This document shows, in pieces, positions 14,973 to 23,019 of a DNA stretch of 32,000 bases. Source of the stretch: Bacteroidota bacterium (GTDB taxonomy: Bacteria > Bacteroidota > Bacteroidia > Chitinophagales > Chitinophagaceae); the NCBI GenBank assembly GCA_016868475.1, contig VGGU01000001.1, positions 25,405 through 57,404 on the forward strand, in the 5' to 3' direction. Position 1 is the first letter of the stretch. Every line of letters begins with the position of its first letter. Both the position numbers and the translations under genes were made by a program. The notes beneath the pieces are model-generated. The model saw nothing but the letters and a program-made list of their open reading frames with translations, was not told where the DNA came from and ran no database searches.

Positions 14973-16523
14973 TTATCGGGGAGGAATCTCCAACTTCAAA
15001 TCTCTTTTCAATAGCTCATCTCGGTTGGCTATTTCCCAAGCTGTATAGTAAACAAACTGTGCACGTTTGGCCATAAGTGGATAATTTATTTTATCAGGGG
15101 TGTCTGTGGGTTTATGATAATCTGCATGAACACCATTGAAATAGAAAATAACAGGCACTCCTTTATCGGCAAAATTGTAGTGATCACTTCTATAGTAAAA
15201 ACGATTGGGATCGTTCGGATCATTGAAACGCCTGTCTAGTTTTATCCCTGAGTAAGTAGCGTTCACATGATCCGTTATTGGGGCCAGATCAGTACTGAGT
15301 TTGTCGTCACCGATAATATACACGTAATTCAAGGAATCCTTATCCTTTAGATAATCGCTACCAATACGGCCAATCATGTCAATGTTCAAATCAACAGTGG
15401 TTTTATCCAATGGAAATACGGGATGTTCTGAATAGTAACGACTCCCCCATAACCCTTTTTCTTCTCCACTCACGGTCATAAACAAGATACTTCTACGAGG
15501 CCCTTTCCCTTCTTTCTTGGCTAAAACAAAGGCTTCTGCTAATTCTAAAATACTCGAGGTGCCGCTTCCATCGTCATCTGCTCCATAGTAAATGGTGCCA
15601 TCTGCTCTTTTACCCACGTGGTCGTAATGCGCAGTGATTACTACATATTCATCCTTCTTATCCGTTCCTTCCAGCACACCCAATACATTAGAGACTTCTG
15701 TTTTTATTACTTCTCTGGCGTATTGCAATACCACTTCGGCCTTAACTGTTTTTGAAGCAATCTCTCCTTTTTTAATTCGGTCCAATAATCCGGCTGTTTC
15801 TGTTTGCAATAATGCAGCGGCATTTTCAGCTGCTATATAAAAACCAAACACCGATTGCGTGGCGCGGAACCCATTCATACTCCAATTGGCGTTTCCGATA
15901 GAGCCGGATCGACGAGGAAAATTTGATTGAATAATCAATACAGCTGCTGCGCCTCGATTCATGGCAGACATTAATTTTCCATTGAGAGAACCCGGGGCAT
16001 TCATTGATCGTGGGTTACCAGCAGCAGGTTTGTAATCAGCTGGAGTACCATCGGCAATGAGCACTAATTTACCGGCAACATTTAAATCTTTGTAATCATT
16101 GCGCGTTTCTCCATCAACAATGCCATAGCCGGCAAATACCACTTCGGCAAAACGCATACCGGCACTATAATTGGTGGTAAAGGGGGCAAACTGTTCTCCC
16201 AACTTTAAAGCATTGCCGTTGATTGTTAAAGAGGTTTGCGTCATGGAGTCCTTATAGAGCGGGTAGTATTGTCTGTAACTTCCATTGTTTCCTGCCACCA
16301 ACCCCAATGTGCGAAAATGATTTTCGATATAATTGGCAGCCTTTTCTAACCCGGGCGATGGAGTATCTCTTCCTTCCATTTCCGCACCAGCAATAATGTA
16401 CAAGTGTTGTTGCAGGTCTGCAGCAGTGATAGTTGAGGCAGCTTTTATTGCCAACTTATCTTTTTTCTGAGCCAGCAAGCTCATGGGAGCTAATAGGAAT
16501 AAAAACGAGATTAATTTATACAT
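14973..16523 (-). CDS. M28 family metallopeptidase (aminopeptidase) with a PA-type insert
   Basis: I start it at the ATG at 16523 (MYKLISFLFLLAPMSLLAQKK), which gives a signal peptide. The track ORF extends to 16718 and would overlap rpiB by 121 nt. The M28 zinc-ligand pattern is present: ITAHYDHVG, GADDDGSGTS, SGEEKGLWGS, DMIGR and a late ADYHKPTD. Confidence 0.85.
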   Translation of the reverse strand: MYKLISFLFLLAPMSLLAQKKDKLAIKAASTITAADLQQHLYIIAGAEMEGRDTPSPGLEKAANYIENHFRTLGLVAGNNGSYRQYYPLYKDSMTQTSLTINGNALKLGEQFAPFTTNYSAGMRFAEVVFAGYGIVDGETRNDYKDLNVAGKLVLIADGTPADYKPAAGNPRSMNAPGSLNGKLMSAMNRGAAAVLIIQSNFPRRSGSIGNANWSMNGFRATQSVFGFYIAAENAAALLQTETAGLLDRIKKGEIASKTVKAEVVLQYAREVIKTEVSNVLGVLEGTDKKDEYVVITAHYDHVGKRADGTIYYGADDDGSGTSSILELAEAFVLAKKEGKGPRRSILFMTVSGEEKGLWGSRYYSEHPVFPLDKTTVDLNIDMIGRIGSDYLKDKDSLNYVYIIGDDKLSTDLAPITDHVNATYSGIKLDRRFNDPNDPNRFYYRSDHYNFADKGVPVIFYFNGVHADYHKPTDTPDKINYPLMAKRAQFVYYTAWEIANRDELLKRDLKLEIPPR

Positions 16524-16597
16524 AGTAGAATGATTGGAAAAAATAAAAATAAGCTCAATTATTAATTTACCCTGGTAATTGGGTTGAACGGCCAACT

Positions 16598-17053
16598 TTA
16601 GTGGCAAGCGATCTTCTGAACCCGTTTTTCGTGCCGACCGCCTTCGAAGGAAGTTTCCAGAAACGACACAAGCATTGCAATAGCTACGTCTATCAATACA
16701 AAGCGAGCTGGCAAACAAAGTATATTGGCGTTATTGTGAGAGCGGGCAAGTTGAGCTAATTCTTTTTCCCAACAAAGTGCGGCACGTATGCCCGCATGTT
16801 TATTAGCCGTAATGGCAACTCCATTTCCACTTCCACAAATCAACACACCACAAGCGGCTCTTCCACTTTCTACAGCTTGCGCAACAGGATGTGCAAAATC
16901 AGGATAATCAACAGAATCTTCGCTAAACGGTCCCAGATCAAGTACGGGGATCCCTTCCTTTTCTAAGAAAGCAATCAATTGGGCTTTATAGCCAAAGCCA
17001 GCATGGTCACCTCCAAATGCAACAGGTAACTGTAGGTTAAAGGGGCTATTCAT
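16598..17053 (-). CDS. rpiB: Ribose 5-phosphate isomerase B
   Basis: FGGDHAGFGYK, VLICGSGNGVAITANK and ARSHNNANILCLPARF are RpiB/LacAB signatures. The ATG at 17053 (MNSPFNLQ...) avoids overlap with the tatC stop at 17065. Confidence 0.9.
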   Translation of the reverse strand: MNSPFNLQLPVAFGGDHAGFGYKAQLIAFLEKEGIPVLDLGPFSEDSVDYPDFAHPVAQAVESGRAACGVLICGSGNGVAITANKHAGIRAALCWEKELAQLARSHNNANILCLPARFVLIDVAIAMLVSFLETSFEGGRHEKRVQKIACH

Positions 17054-17064
17054 GAGTAAAAAAT

Positions 17065-17919
17065 TTAACTCCACTCTGCTGCACGCTCTTTTTCTTGCCG
17101 TTTGTTAATGCGCGATGCAATAATAATACTGGCTTCAAAGAGTAAGTAAAGTGGAATGGTTACTATGGTTAAGCTAAAAGGATCGGTAGAGGGAGTAATC
17201 ACGGCAGCAGCTATTAGAATAATAACAAATGCGTGCCGACGGTATTGTCTTAGAAAACGTGCCGAAACAATGCCAATTCTGGTAAGCAAGCTCATCAGTA
17301 GCGGAAGTTGAAACAGCAGCCCAATACCAAATGTTGTATAAATCAGATTCTCTAAATAATCAGAAAAGGAAGGCATGATCTGAATCTGTTCACTCAATTT
17401 ATAGTTGAAATAAAAGTTTACCATAAAAGGAGTAAGAATAAAGTAGCCGAACAACACACCGGAAAAAAATAGCAGCGATACCCAAAAAATTACGCCTCTG
17501 GTTTTTTTAAGCTCTTTAGGAGAAAGCGCAGGTTTGATAAAACGCCAAAATTCCCAGAATACATAAGGAAAGGCAAGGATCAACCCTCCAATGAAAGAAA
17601 GTGTAAATGAGGCAATGAATTGCCCGGTCATGGTTGTTTCTAAAAACTTTGTTTCCACCTGTTTGAAACAGAGTGCATCTCCAATTCCTAGTTGATTCCC
17701 AATCTTGCAGAGCCATACCGCTGAAATAAAATCGGGTTTGGTGGGGCCAAATAATAGTTGATCTACTACAAAGTCGGAGTAAATAAAAGTAAAAATGGCG
17801 GCAATCAACACGGCAATCACTGAGCGGATAATATGCCATCTCAGTTCTTCCAGGTGATCGATAAATGTCATTTCACCGGGCGCTGGTTCTCTGTTATTTA
17901 GGAAATCAAATAGGGACAT
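17065..17919 (-). CDS. tatC: Twin-arginine translocase subunit TatC
   Basis: 284 aa. MTFIDHLEELRWHIIRS is the TatC N-terminal motif, followed by six hydrophobic segments and PSTDPFS. The start could instead be the internal ATG at 17871. Confidence 0.9.
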   Translation of the reverse strand: MSLFDFLNNREPAPGEMTFIDHLEELRWHIIRSVIAVLIAAIFTFIYSDFVVDQLLFGPTKPDFISAVWLCKIGNQLGIGDALCFKQVETKFLETTMTGQFIASFTLSFIGGLILAFPYVFWEFWRFIKPALSPKELKKTRGVIFWVSLLFFSGVLFGYFILTPFMVNFYFNYKLSEQIQIMPSFSDYLENLIYTTFGIGLLFQLPLLMSLLTRIGIVSARFLRQYRRHAFVIILIAAAVITPSTDPFSLTIVTIPLYLLFEASIIIASRINKRQEKERAAEWS

Positions 17920-17961
17920 GCCAAAAAATCTGATACAAAGATAAGGTCCGTGAGGGTCTTC

Positions 17962-19212
17962 TCAACGTTGTAATCGATGCAATTGAACGGTTTCAATTCT
18001 TGTATCGGACACATGCAAAATCTCAAATTCGTAATCTGCAATGATGATACGTTCTTTTTGAGCAGGAATGGTTTCGTGATAATTGATAATGTAGCCAGAA
18101 AGTGTTTCCGCTTCTTCTCCTGGAAACTCCAACCCATATTTCTCTTGCAAATAATCTAACTCTAAACGCCCCGACAGTATTAAGTCTCCGTTTTCCAGCA
18201 TTCGCTCCGTAAACTCTTCCGTATCATATTCATCTTGGATTTCGCCAAACAGCTCTTCCAACACATCTTCCATGGTTACAATACCGGCCGTTCCTCCAAA
18301 CTCATCCACTACCCAGGCAATGCTTTTTCTTTCCCGACTAAATTTTCCAATCAAATCAGAGGCGCTCATGCTTTCAGGAACCGCAGGAATAGGGTGAAGT
18401 ATGTCCACAATTTGTTTAGGGTTTGCAAAAAGGTCAAGTTGGTGAACGTAACCAATGATTCGATCAATATTACCTTCATAAACAACCAGCTTGCTAAGCT
18501 TTGTATCTATAAATGTTTGTTGTAATTGTTTTAGGGAAAGTTGACTGTCTATGCCAATCACTTCTTTTCTGGGAACCAAACATTGTCTAACACGTATTTT
18601 AGGAAGTTCTTGAGCGTTTTCCATCAACTGAGCACTACGCTCATTTTTTTCCTCAACCACACCTTCAAATAAACTTTTAAGGTCTGCCCGATGCAAGGAA
18701 TCTTTTTGTGGATGCAGGCGCAAGTTGAATACATATTTCAGGACCCATTCAGCAAGATCCATAAGCGCGGTGGCAACCGGGTAGAATAGTTGATAAAAAA
18801 ATTGTATAACAGGGGCGATCCGTAGCAGTAAGGTGGTGCTATTTGCCCGAAAAAATGCACGCGGAAAAAATTCACCCCCGATCATTACAATCAACGTTGC
18901 AATAATGATTTCTGTCAATAATCTAAACAGGTCCGTTCCAAATTGAAATCGCTGCCAAAATAACTGCATCACATCACTGAGCTGTAAACTGAATAACACC
19001 AAAAAAAGAACAAAACCCAGTTGTGTGGTTCCTAAAAATCGATCAGGGGTTTCAAAAAAATTACCAACAATCTTTGCGGCTTGTTCTTGTTTTTTTCTTT
19101 TGATCTCAAGACTTAACCGATTGGCGCTATAAAAAGCCATTTCAATACCGGCAAAGAAGCCCATTAATAACAGGGTAGTGACAAATAATAATAGAGTATC
19201 CCAGGCAATCAT
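17962..19212 (-). CDS. CNNM/DUF21 + CBS pair + CorC_HlyC membrane protein (hemolysin family; putative divalent-cation transporter)
   Basis: 416 aa. It has an N-terminal four-TM DUF21 region, a central CBS pair (VRQCLVPRKEVIGID...AWVVDEFGGTAGIVTMEDVLEELFGEIQDEYD) and a C-terminal CorC/HlyC-type domain. It is a GldE paralogue type, but I do not call it gldE (see rejected items). Confidence 0.85.
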   Translation of the reverse strand: MIAWDTLLLFVTTLLLMGFFAGIEMAFYSANRLSLEIKRKKQEQAAKIVGNFFETPDRFLGTTQLGFVLFLVLFSLQLSDVMQLFWQRFQFGTDLFRLLTEIIIATLIVMIGGEFFPRAFFRANSTTLLLRIAPVIQFFYQLFYPVATALMDLAEWVLKYVFNLRLHPQKDSLHRADLKSLFEGVVEEKNERSAQLMENAQELPKIRVRQCLVPRKEVIGIDSQLSLKQLQQTFIDTKLSKLVVYEGNIDRIIGYVHQLDLFANPKQIVDILHPIPAVPESMSASDLIGKFSRERKSIAWVVDEFGGTAGIVTMEDVLEELFGEIQDEYDTEEFTERMLENGDLILSGRLELDYLQEKYGLEFPGEEAETLSGYIINYHETIPAQKERIIIADYEFEILHVSDTRIETVQLHRLQR

Positions 19213-19213
19213 A

Positions 19214-19786
19214 TTAAGCTAAATAGGCAGCCACTAGTCTTGCTACTTCTTCACAAGCTTTATTCAGCTGATCATTGATGATAATGTGGTCAAATTGATG
19301 ACTAAAGCTCATCTCCAGAGATGCTTTGTCTAACCTTGTTTGCAAGGCTTCCGCTGTTTCTGTTCCTCTTGCTTCCAATCTTTTCTTAAGTTCATCCAGT
19401 GAAGGAGGTTGAATAAAAAGGCAAAGGCTTTGCGGGTAACTTTCTTTCACACGTAACCCTCCTTTCACATCAATATCCAATAGTGGAACTTTTTTATCAG
19501 CCCAAATGCGGGTTAATTCACCTCGTAAGGTTCCATAGTATTTTCCTTCATACACCATTTCCCATTCGGCAAATTGATCCTGACTGATCTTTTGTTGAAA
19601 ATGATCCGCACTGATAAAATAATAATCAACGCCATCTTTCTCGTTGGCTCGTGGTTGGCGGGTAGCGCAGGAAATAGAAAAATCAAGTTGTTGCTGAAAT
19701 TGCGCTAATAGAAAACGAACAATAGACGTTTTACCAGCTCCGGATGGTGCGGCAATGATAATAATCTTATCGGATGGATTCGACAT
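19214..19786 (-). CDS. gmk: Guanylate kinase
   Basis: 190 aa. APSGAGKTS is the P-loop, and ATRQPRANEKDGVDYYF and YGT are also present. Its stop lies 1 nt from the start of the downstream CNNM gene. Confidence 0.9.
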   Translation of the reverse strand: MSNPSDKIIIIAAPSGAGKTSIVRFLLAQFQQQLDFSISCATRQPRANEKDGVDYYFISADHFQQKISQDQFAEWEMVYEGKYYGTLRGELTRIWADKKVPLLDIDVKGGLRVKESYPQSLCLFIQPPSLDELKKRLEARGTETAEALQTRLDKASLEMSFSHQFDHIIINDQLNKACEEVARLVAAYLA

Positions 19787-19810
19787 AGGAGGATCTTTCT
19801 CGAGGAAAGA

Positions 19811-20470
19811 TCAATATCGTTTTTTCTTAAAATTGCCACCAGGTCGGGATGAGCGTCCATTTCCCTGAGACCTGTACTTTCCTCTTCCCTTGCCATAACC
19901 ACCTCTTCCCATATCGCGTTCCGGCTGGTGCCTATAAGCTTTGATGTAAGGAGTATTGGTGAAAGTAAGTTGTCCGTTGGTTAGGTTGTCCAATTCACTT
20001 TGAATGGCATCGTCATAAATAAGTTCTTTATGCCAGTTGTTGTAAGCCAACTTCATATAGTAAGCAATAGCATTTGCAAAGCCTAGTTTTTTCTCGGGGT
20101 TCTCTTCTTTCAGCGCTTTATCTAGTACCAGCTCCAGGTTTTTACCTAAATGAGAATAGCGAGGGTAGCGCTTTGGATAGGGAAGCGGTTGAGGTTTTGC
20201 TTTCAGCGATTCCCGAGTTGGAATGGGATAGGGCGATTTTACATCCAAATCAAAGTCTGCGATCAAAAACAAATGATCCCAGAGCTTATGACGAAAATCC
20301 TCCATGTTTCTAAGTTGAGGGTTTAAAAAACCCATCAGTTCAATAACGGCCTGCGCATTTCGCTGTTTTCTCTCAGGGTCTTGAATAGTTTTTACATGAT
20401 CAACCATTCTTTGAACATGCCTGCCATACTCCCTCATGCTTAAGTAAGAACGGGTGGTATTGTACTCCAT
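19811..20470 (-). CDS. DUF4290 domain-containing protein with an RG/K-rich C-terminal tail
   Basis: MEYNTTRSYLSMREYGRHVQRMVDHV...NPQLRNMEDFRHKLWDHLFLIADFDLDVKSPYPIP matches my memory of the Bacteroidota DUF4290 family, which begins at MEYN. I therefore chose the ATG at 20470. The alternatives are 20485 and the track start at 20545. The tail reads RDMGRGGYGKGRGKYRSQGNGRSSRPGGNFKKKRY. Confidence 0.7.
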   Translation of the reverse strand: MEYNTTRSYLSMREYGRHVQRMVDHVKTIQDPERKQRNAQAVIELMGFLNPQLRNMEDFRHKLWDHLFLIADFDLDVKSPYPIPTRESLKAKPQPLPYPKRYPRYSHLGKNLELVLDKALKEENPEKKLGFANAIAYYMKLAYNNWHKELIYDDAIQSELDNLTNGQLTFTNTPYIKAYRHQPERDMGRGGYGKGRGKYRSQGNGRSSRPGGNFKKKRY

Positions 20471-20490
20471 TTTAGTAGCATCCATAAATT

Positions 20491-20498
20491 CAAAGGTA
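20491..20498 (-). promoter_or_regulatory. Candidate -7 promoter box (TACCTTTG on the minus strand) for the DUF4290-to-M28 gene string
   Basis: The plus strand reads CAAAGGTA, an exact TAnnTTTG match on the minus strand. It lies 5 nt upstream of the ATG at 20485 and 20 nt upstream of the ATG at 20470. Confidence 0.5.
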
Positions 20499-20533
20499 AT
20501 AAACCCCCCGCTAGCTAACAAGTTGCCGCTACC

Positions 20534-20541
20534 TACCTTTG
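20534..20541 (+). promoter_or_regulatory. Candidate -7 promoter box TACCTTTG for the degenerate GT-B gene
   Basis: This is an exact TAnnTTTG match 6 nt before the ATG at 20548, which implies a leaderless or nearly leaderless transcript. It lies inside the track-predicted TTG-start extension (20539), which argues against that start. Confidence 0.5.
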
Positions 20542-20547
20542 TCAAAC

Positions 20548-21540
20548 ATGCAAGTTGTTTTTCTTATCCCTTGGCATCGAAGACAGTATGCAAATTCGGG
20601 TTTAACAAATCTGATGGCTAAGTGGGTCGTTGAAAGGCCTGCGGATAAATGTATGATGCTGGCGCCATCGGCGTCGTTTGCATGGACCGCTGCTTGTTTT
20701 ATCAACGTATTGCCACGATTAGGATATTATTTTCCTTTTTTACGCTATTTCTTGCTTGGCCAAAAACTTAAGAAGCTCAATCCTGATCTGTTAATCACCG
20801 AACCCGGTGTTCGGATTCCTAAATCGATTAACCAACTTTTGTGGATCAACCAGCCATGTGGTACTGTTTTGTCAAAAAAAATAGTACAACAAATTGCAGA
20901 TTCAAAAATAATTGCAATTAGCTCCGTGCTGTTATTGGATCAATACACAAAACTGCAGTATTCCTTTTCGGACAAAGTAATTATTGTGCCACCGGTCCTG
21001 GCTCCTGTTTATGAAAATCAGTCATTGCAACCACCAGCATTGTATATAAAAATAGTAGGTACGATCCCTGATGAAGCGGCCTTGATCAATACATTAAAAG
21101 CTTTTTCGCTTTTTAAACGACGTCAACAATCTGAGTTACAACTTGTTTTTTCTCAGGATACGGCAACACTATTTCCTGCCTTTATTCAAAAACTAAATTC
21201 TTATAAATACAAAGCAGCTGTAGTGATCAATTCAGCGCAGACTCCGGAACAAGAAGTCCATCAGGAAGCGGGTGCTTATGCCTTATTAACCTTGGGGACT
21301 AAGGATCAATTGGACTTTCAATATCGTAAAGCCAGCCAATTGCAGGTTCCGCTACTACAACTTCCTGAAAACAACATAGCTGAAGCTAATCCAATTGACC
21401 AATTAGCGGAACAACTGATGCGTGTTTATAAGGATGAGTCCTATCGGAAACAATTAGTGATTACCCAACAGTCTTTATTTCTGTTATTAGACAATCAAGC
21501 TGCGTTTAATCAGTTGTTAGCCACCGTCAAGAACAGATAA
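20548..21540 (+). CDS. Hypothetical protein with a divergent GT-B (GT4-like) glycosyltransferase architecture; EX7E motif not conserved
   Basis: 331 aa. MQVVFLIPW resembles the first Rossmann strand, ADSKIIAISS...DKVIIVPPV resembles the GT4 linker region, and YIKIVGTIPDE...LQLVF resembles the start of the second Rossmann domain. Where GT4 enzymes have E-G-F-G-x4-E-A-M-A-x-G-x-P-V, this protein has D-Q-L-D-F-Q-Y-R-K-A-S-Q-L-Q-V-P-L. The fold assignment is by eye only. Confidence 0.45.
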   Translation: MQVVFLIPWHRRQYANSGLTNLMAKWVVERPADKCMMLAPSASFAWTAACFINVLPRLGYYFPFLRYFLLGQKLKKLNPDLLITEPGVRIPKSINQLLWINQPCGTVLSKKIVQQIADSKIIAISSVLLLDQYTKLQYSFSDKVIIVPPVLAPVYENQSLQPPALYIKIVGTIPDEAALINTLKAFSLFKRRQQSELQLVFSQDTATLFPAFIQKLNSYKYKAAVVINSAQTPEQEVHQEAGAYALLTLGTKDQLDFQYRKASQLQVPLLQLPENNIAEANPIDQLAEQLMRVYKDESYRKQLVITQQSLFLLLDNQAAFNQLLATVKNR

Positions 21541-21571
21541 AGACTTTACAAATACCAACTTGACCCTTGCG

Positions 21572-21579
21572 TATCTTTG
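21572..21579 (+). promoter_or_regulatory. Candidate -7 promoter box TATCTTTG for gldC-yqeY-cvpA
   Basis: This is an exact TAnnTTTG match 18 nt before the ATG at 21598. It overlaps the TTG start proposed by the track (21577), which supports the downstream ATG. Confidence 0.5.
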
Positions 21580-21597
21580 CCACTTATCAATATTTTT

Positions 21598-21945
21598 ATG
21601 CATCAATCAACCATTCATATCGAAGTAAAAACCGACGAAAATCGCATCCCCTCATCCATTAGCTGGAAAGCCAGTGATACGGGAGCTGCAGAAAATCAAC
21701 CCGCTCGGGCCATGTTTCTTTCATTTTGGGATCCAACCGACAAAACAGCGCTTCGGATTGATTTATGGACCAAAGAAATGATGGTTGATGAAATGGCAGA
21801 CTTTTTTTATCAAACTCTTATGACTATGGCCGATACCTATGGCCGTGCAACACAATATGCGGATCAGGTGGACAACATGAAGAATTTTGCTAAATCATTT
21901 TATGCTCAATTCAAAGAAAAGCAATTAAAACAAAACAAGGCATAA
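21598..21945 (+). CDS. gldC: Gliding motility protein GldC
   Basis: About 115 aa. STIHIEVKTDENRIPSSISWKASDTG...ARAMFLSFWDPTDKTALRIDLWTKEMMVDEMADFFYQTLMTMADTY matches my memory of Flavobacterium johnsoniae GldC: a DENR-x-P...W-x-A-x-D segment, then S-x-WD and IDLWTK-x-M-x-V-x-EM. Size is as expected. Confidence 0.7.
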   Translation: MHQSTIHIEVKTDENRIPSSISWKASDTGAAENQPARAMFLSFWDPTDKTALRIDLWTKEMMVDEMADFFYQTLMTMADTYGRATQYADQVDNMKNFAKSFYAQFKEKQLKQNKA

Positions 21946-21951
21946 TACGCT

Positions 21952-22407
21952 ATGGCACTCGAACAACAAATCATGACCGAATTAAAAGCCGCGATGCTGG
22001 CTAAAAATGAAGTGGCGCTTCGTTCCTTACGGGCCATTAAAGCCGCTATTCTGCTTGCCAAAACTTCAGAAGGTGCAGCCGGCGAGTTGAACACAGATGG
22101 GGAAATAAAGCTATTGCAGAAAATGGTCAAACAACGAAAGGACTCATTGGAGATCTTTACGCAACAAGGGCGTGAGGATTTGGCACAAAAAGAGCGAGAA
22201 GAAATAGGCGTAATTGAAAAATTTCTTCCTCAACAAATGGATGCTGTGGCCCTGCGTGCTGTTTTAGTGCAGCTGGTGGCACAGGCAGGAGCTAATTCAC
22301 CTGCGGATATGGGGAAAGTGATGGGATTAGCCAATAAAGAATTGGCTGGAAAAGCGGAAGGGAAAATGATTGCCACAATTGTGCGCGAATTATTGAGCGG
22401 TCAATAA
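21952..22407 (+). CDS. GatB/YqeY domain-containing protein
   Basis: 151 aa. MTELKAAMLAKNEVALRSLRAIKAAILLAK...LLQKMVKQRKDSLEIFTQQGREDLAQKEREEIGVIEKFLP is the typical YqeY pattern. It starts 6 nt after gldC. Confidence 0.85.
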   Translation: MALEQQIMTELKAAMLAKNEVALRSLRAIKAAILLAKTSEGAAGELNTDGEIKLLQKMVKQRKDSLEIFTQQGREDLAQKEREEIGVIEKFLPQQMDAVALRAVLVQLVAQAGANSPADMGKVMGLANKELAGKAEGKMIATIVRELLSGQ

Positions 22408-22416
22408 TCTTTATTT

Positions 22417-22956
22417 ATGTTTCTGGATATCTTGTTATTGATAGTATTGGTGTTGGCTACTTATACCGGGTATAAGAGAGGGCTGATTGTTGGTGTTTTT
22501 TCACTGATAGCTATCATTGTTGGTTTGGCCGCCGCCATGAAATTATCAGTAGTAGCTGCTGCCTATCTGCGATCTTATTTTTCCTGGGAAGGAAAATGGG
22601 TTCCGCCTTTATCTTTTTTATTGGTGTTAGTAGGGGTGATTTTACTGATACGATTAGGGGCTAATGCATTGGAAAAGGGCGCACAATTGATTTCGCTTGG
22701 ATGGATAAATGCGCTGGGAGGAATCTTATTCTACTGGGCTATTTGCTTATTATCCTGTAGTGTTATTTTATTTTACTTATCACCACTCCCTTTCATCCCA
22801 ACAACAATAGAGGGCTCTATTACCTATCCTTACCTAAAAGAAATTGGCCCCTGGGTGATGGACTGTTTTGCAAAATTGTTTCCTGTGTTCAAGGGGATGT
22901 ATCAGCAGCTACAAGATTTTTTTGAACAAGTAAAAGAGCAGATCCCCAAGCCCTGA
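22417..22956 (+). CDS. cvpA: CvpA family membrane protein
   Basis: 179 aa. MFLDILLLIVLVLATYTGYKRGLIVGVFSLIAIIVGLAAA is the characteristic CvpA N-terminus, and there are four hydrophobic segments. Confidence 0.8.
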   Translation: MFLDILLLIVLVLATYTGYKRGLIVGVFSLIAIIVGLAAAMKLSVVAAAYLRSYFSWEGKWVPPLSFLLVLVGVILLIRLGANALEKGAQLISLGWINALGGILFYWAICLLSCSVILFYLSPLPFIPTTIEGSITYPYLKEIGPWVMDCFAKLFPVFKGMYQQLQDFFEQVKEQIPKP

Positions 22957-23019
22957 TTCCTCACTTGCTTATTGACTGAAATCTATTAATTTAGCACGGT
23001 GCGATTGACCAGCGAACCC

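Noticed and set aside
16524-16718. A 65-codon N-terminal extension of the M28 peptidase ORF that overlaps rpiB by 121 nt.
   Set aside because: The extension has no signal-peptide character. The internal ATG at 16523 yields a canonical signal peptide (MYKLISFLFLLAPMSLLAQ) and removes the overlap.
17516-17839. A 107-aa same-strand alternative-frame ORF inside tatC.
   Set aside because: It is fully nested in the well-supported TatC frame and has no motifs. Nothing suggests overlapping coding.
17962-19212. I considered calling the DUF21-CBS-CorC protein gldE because gldC is nearby and the phylum glides.
   Set aside because: GldE is one of several paralogues of this architecture and is normally recognised by its linkage to gldD, which is absent here. 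The neighbours are gmk and tatC. I kept the generic CNNM/hemolysin-family call.
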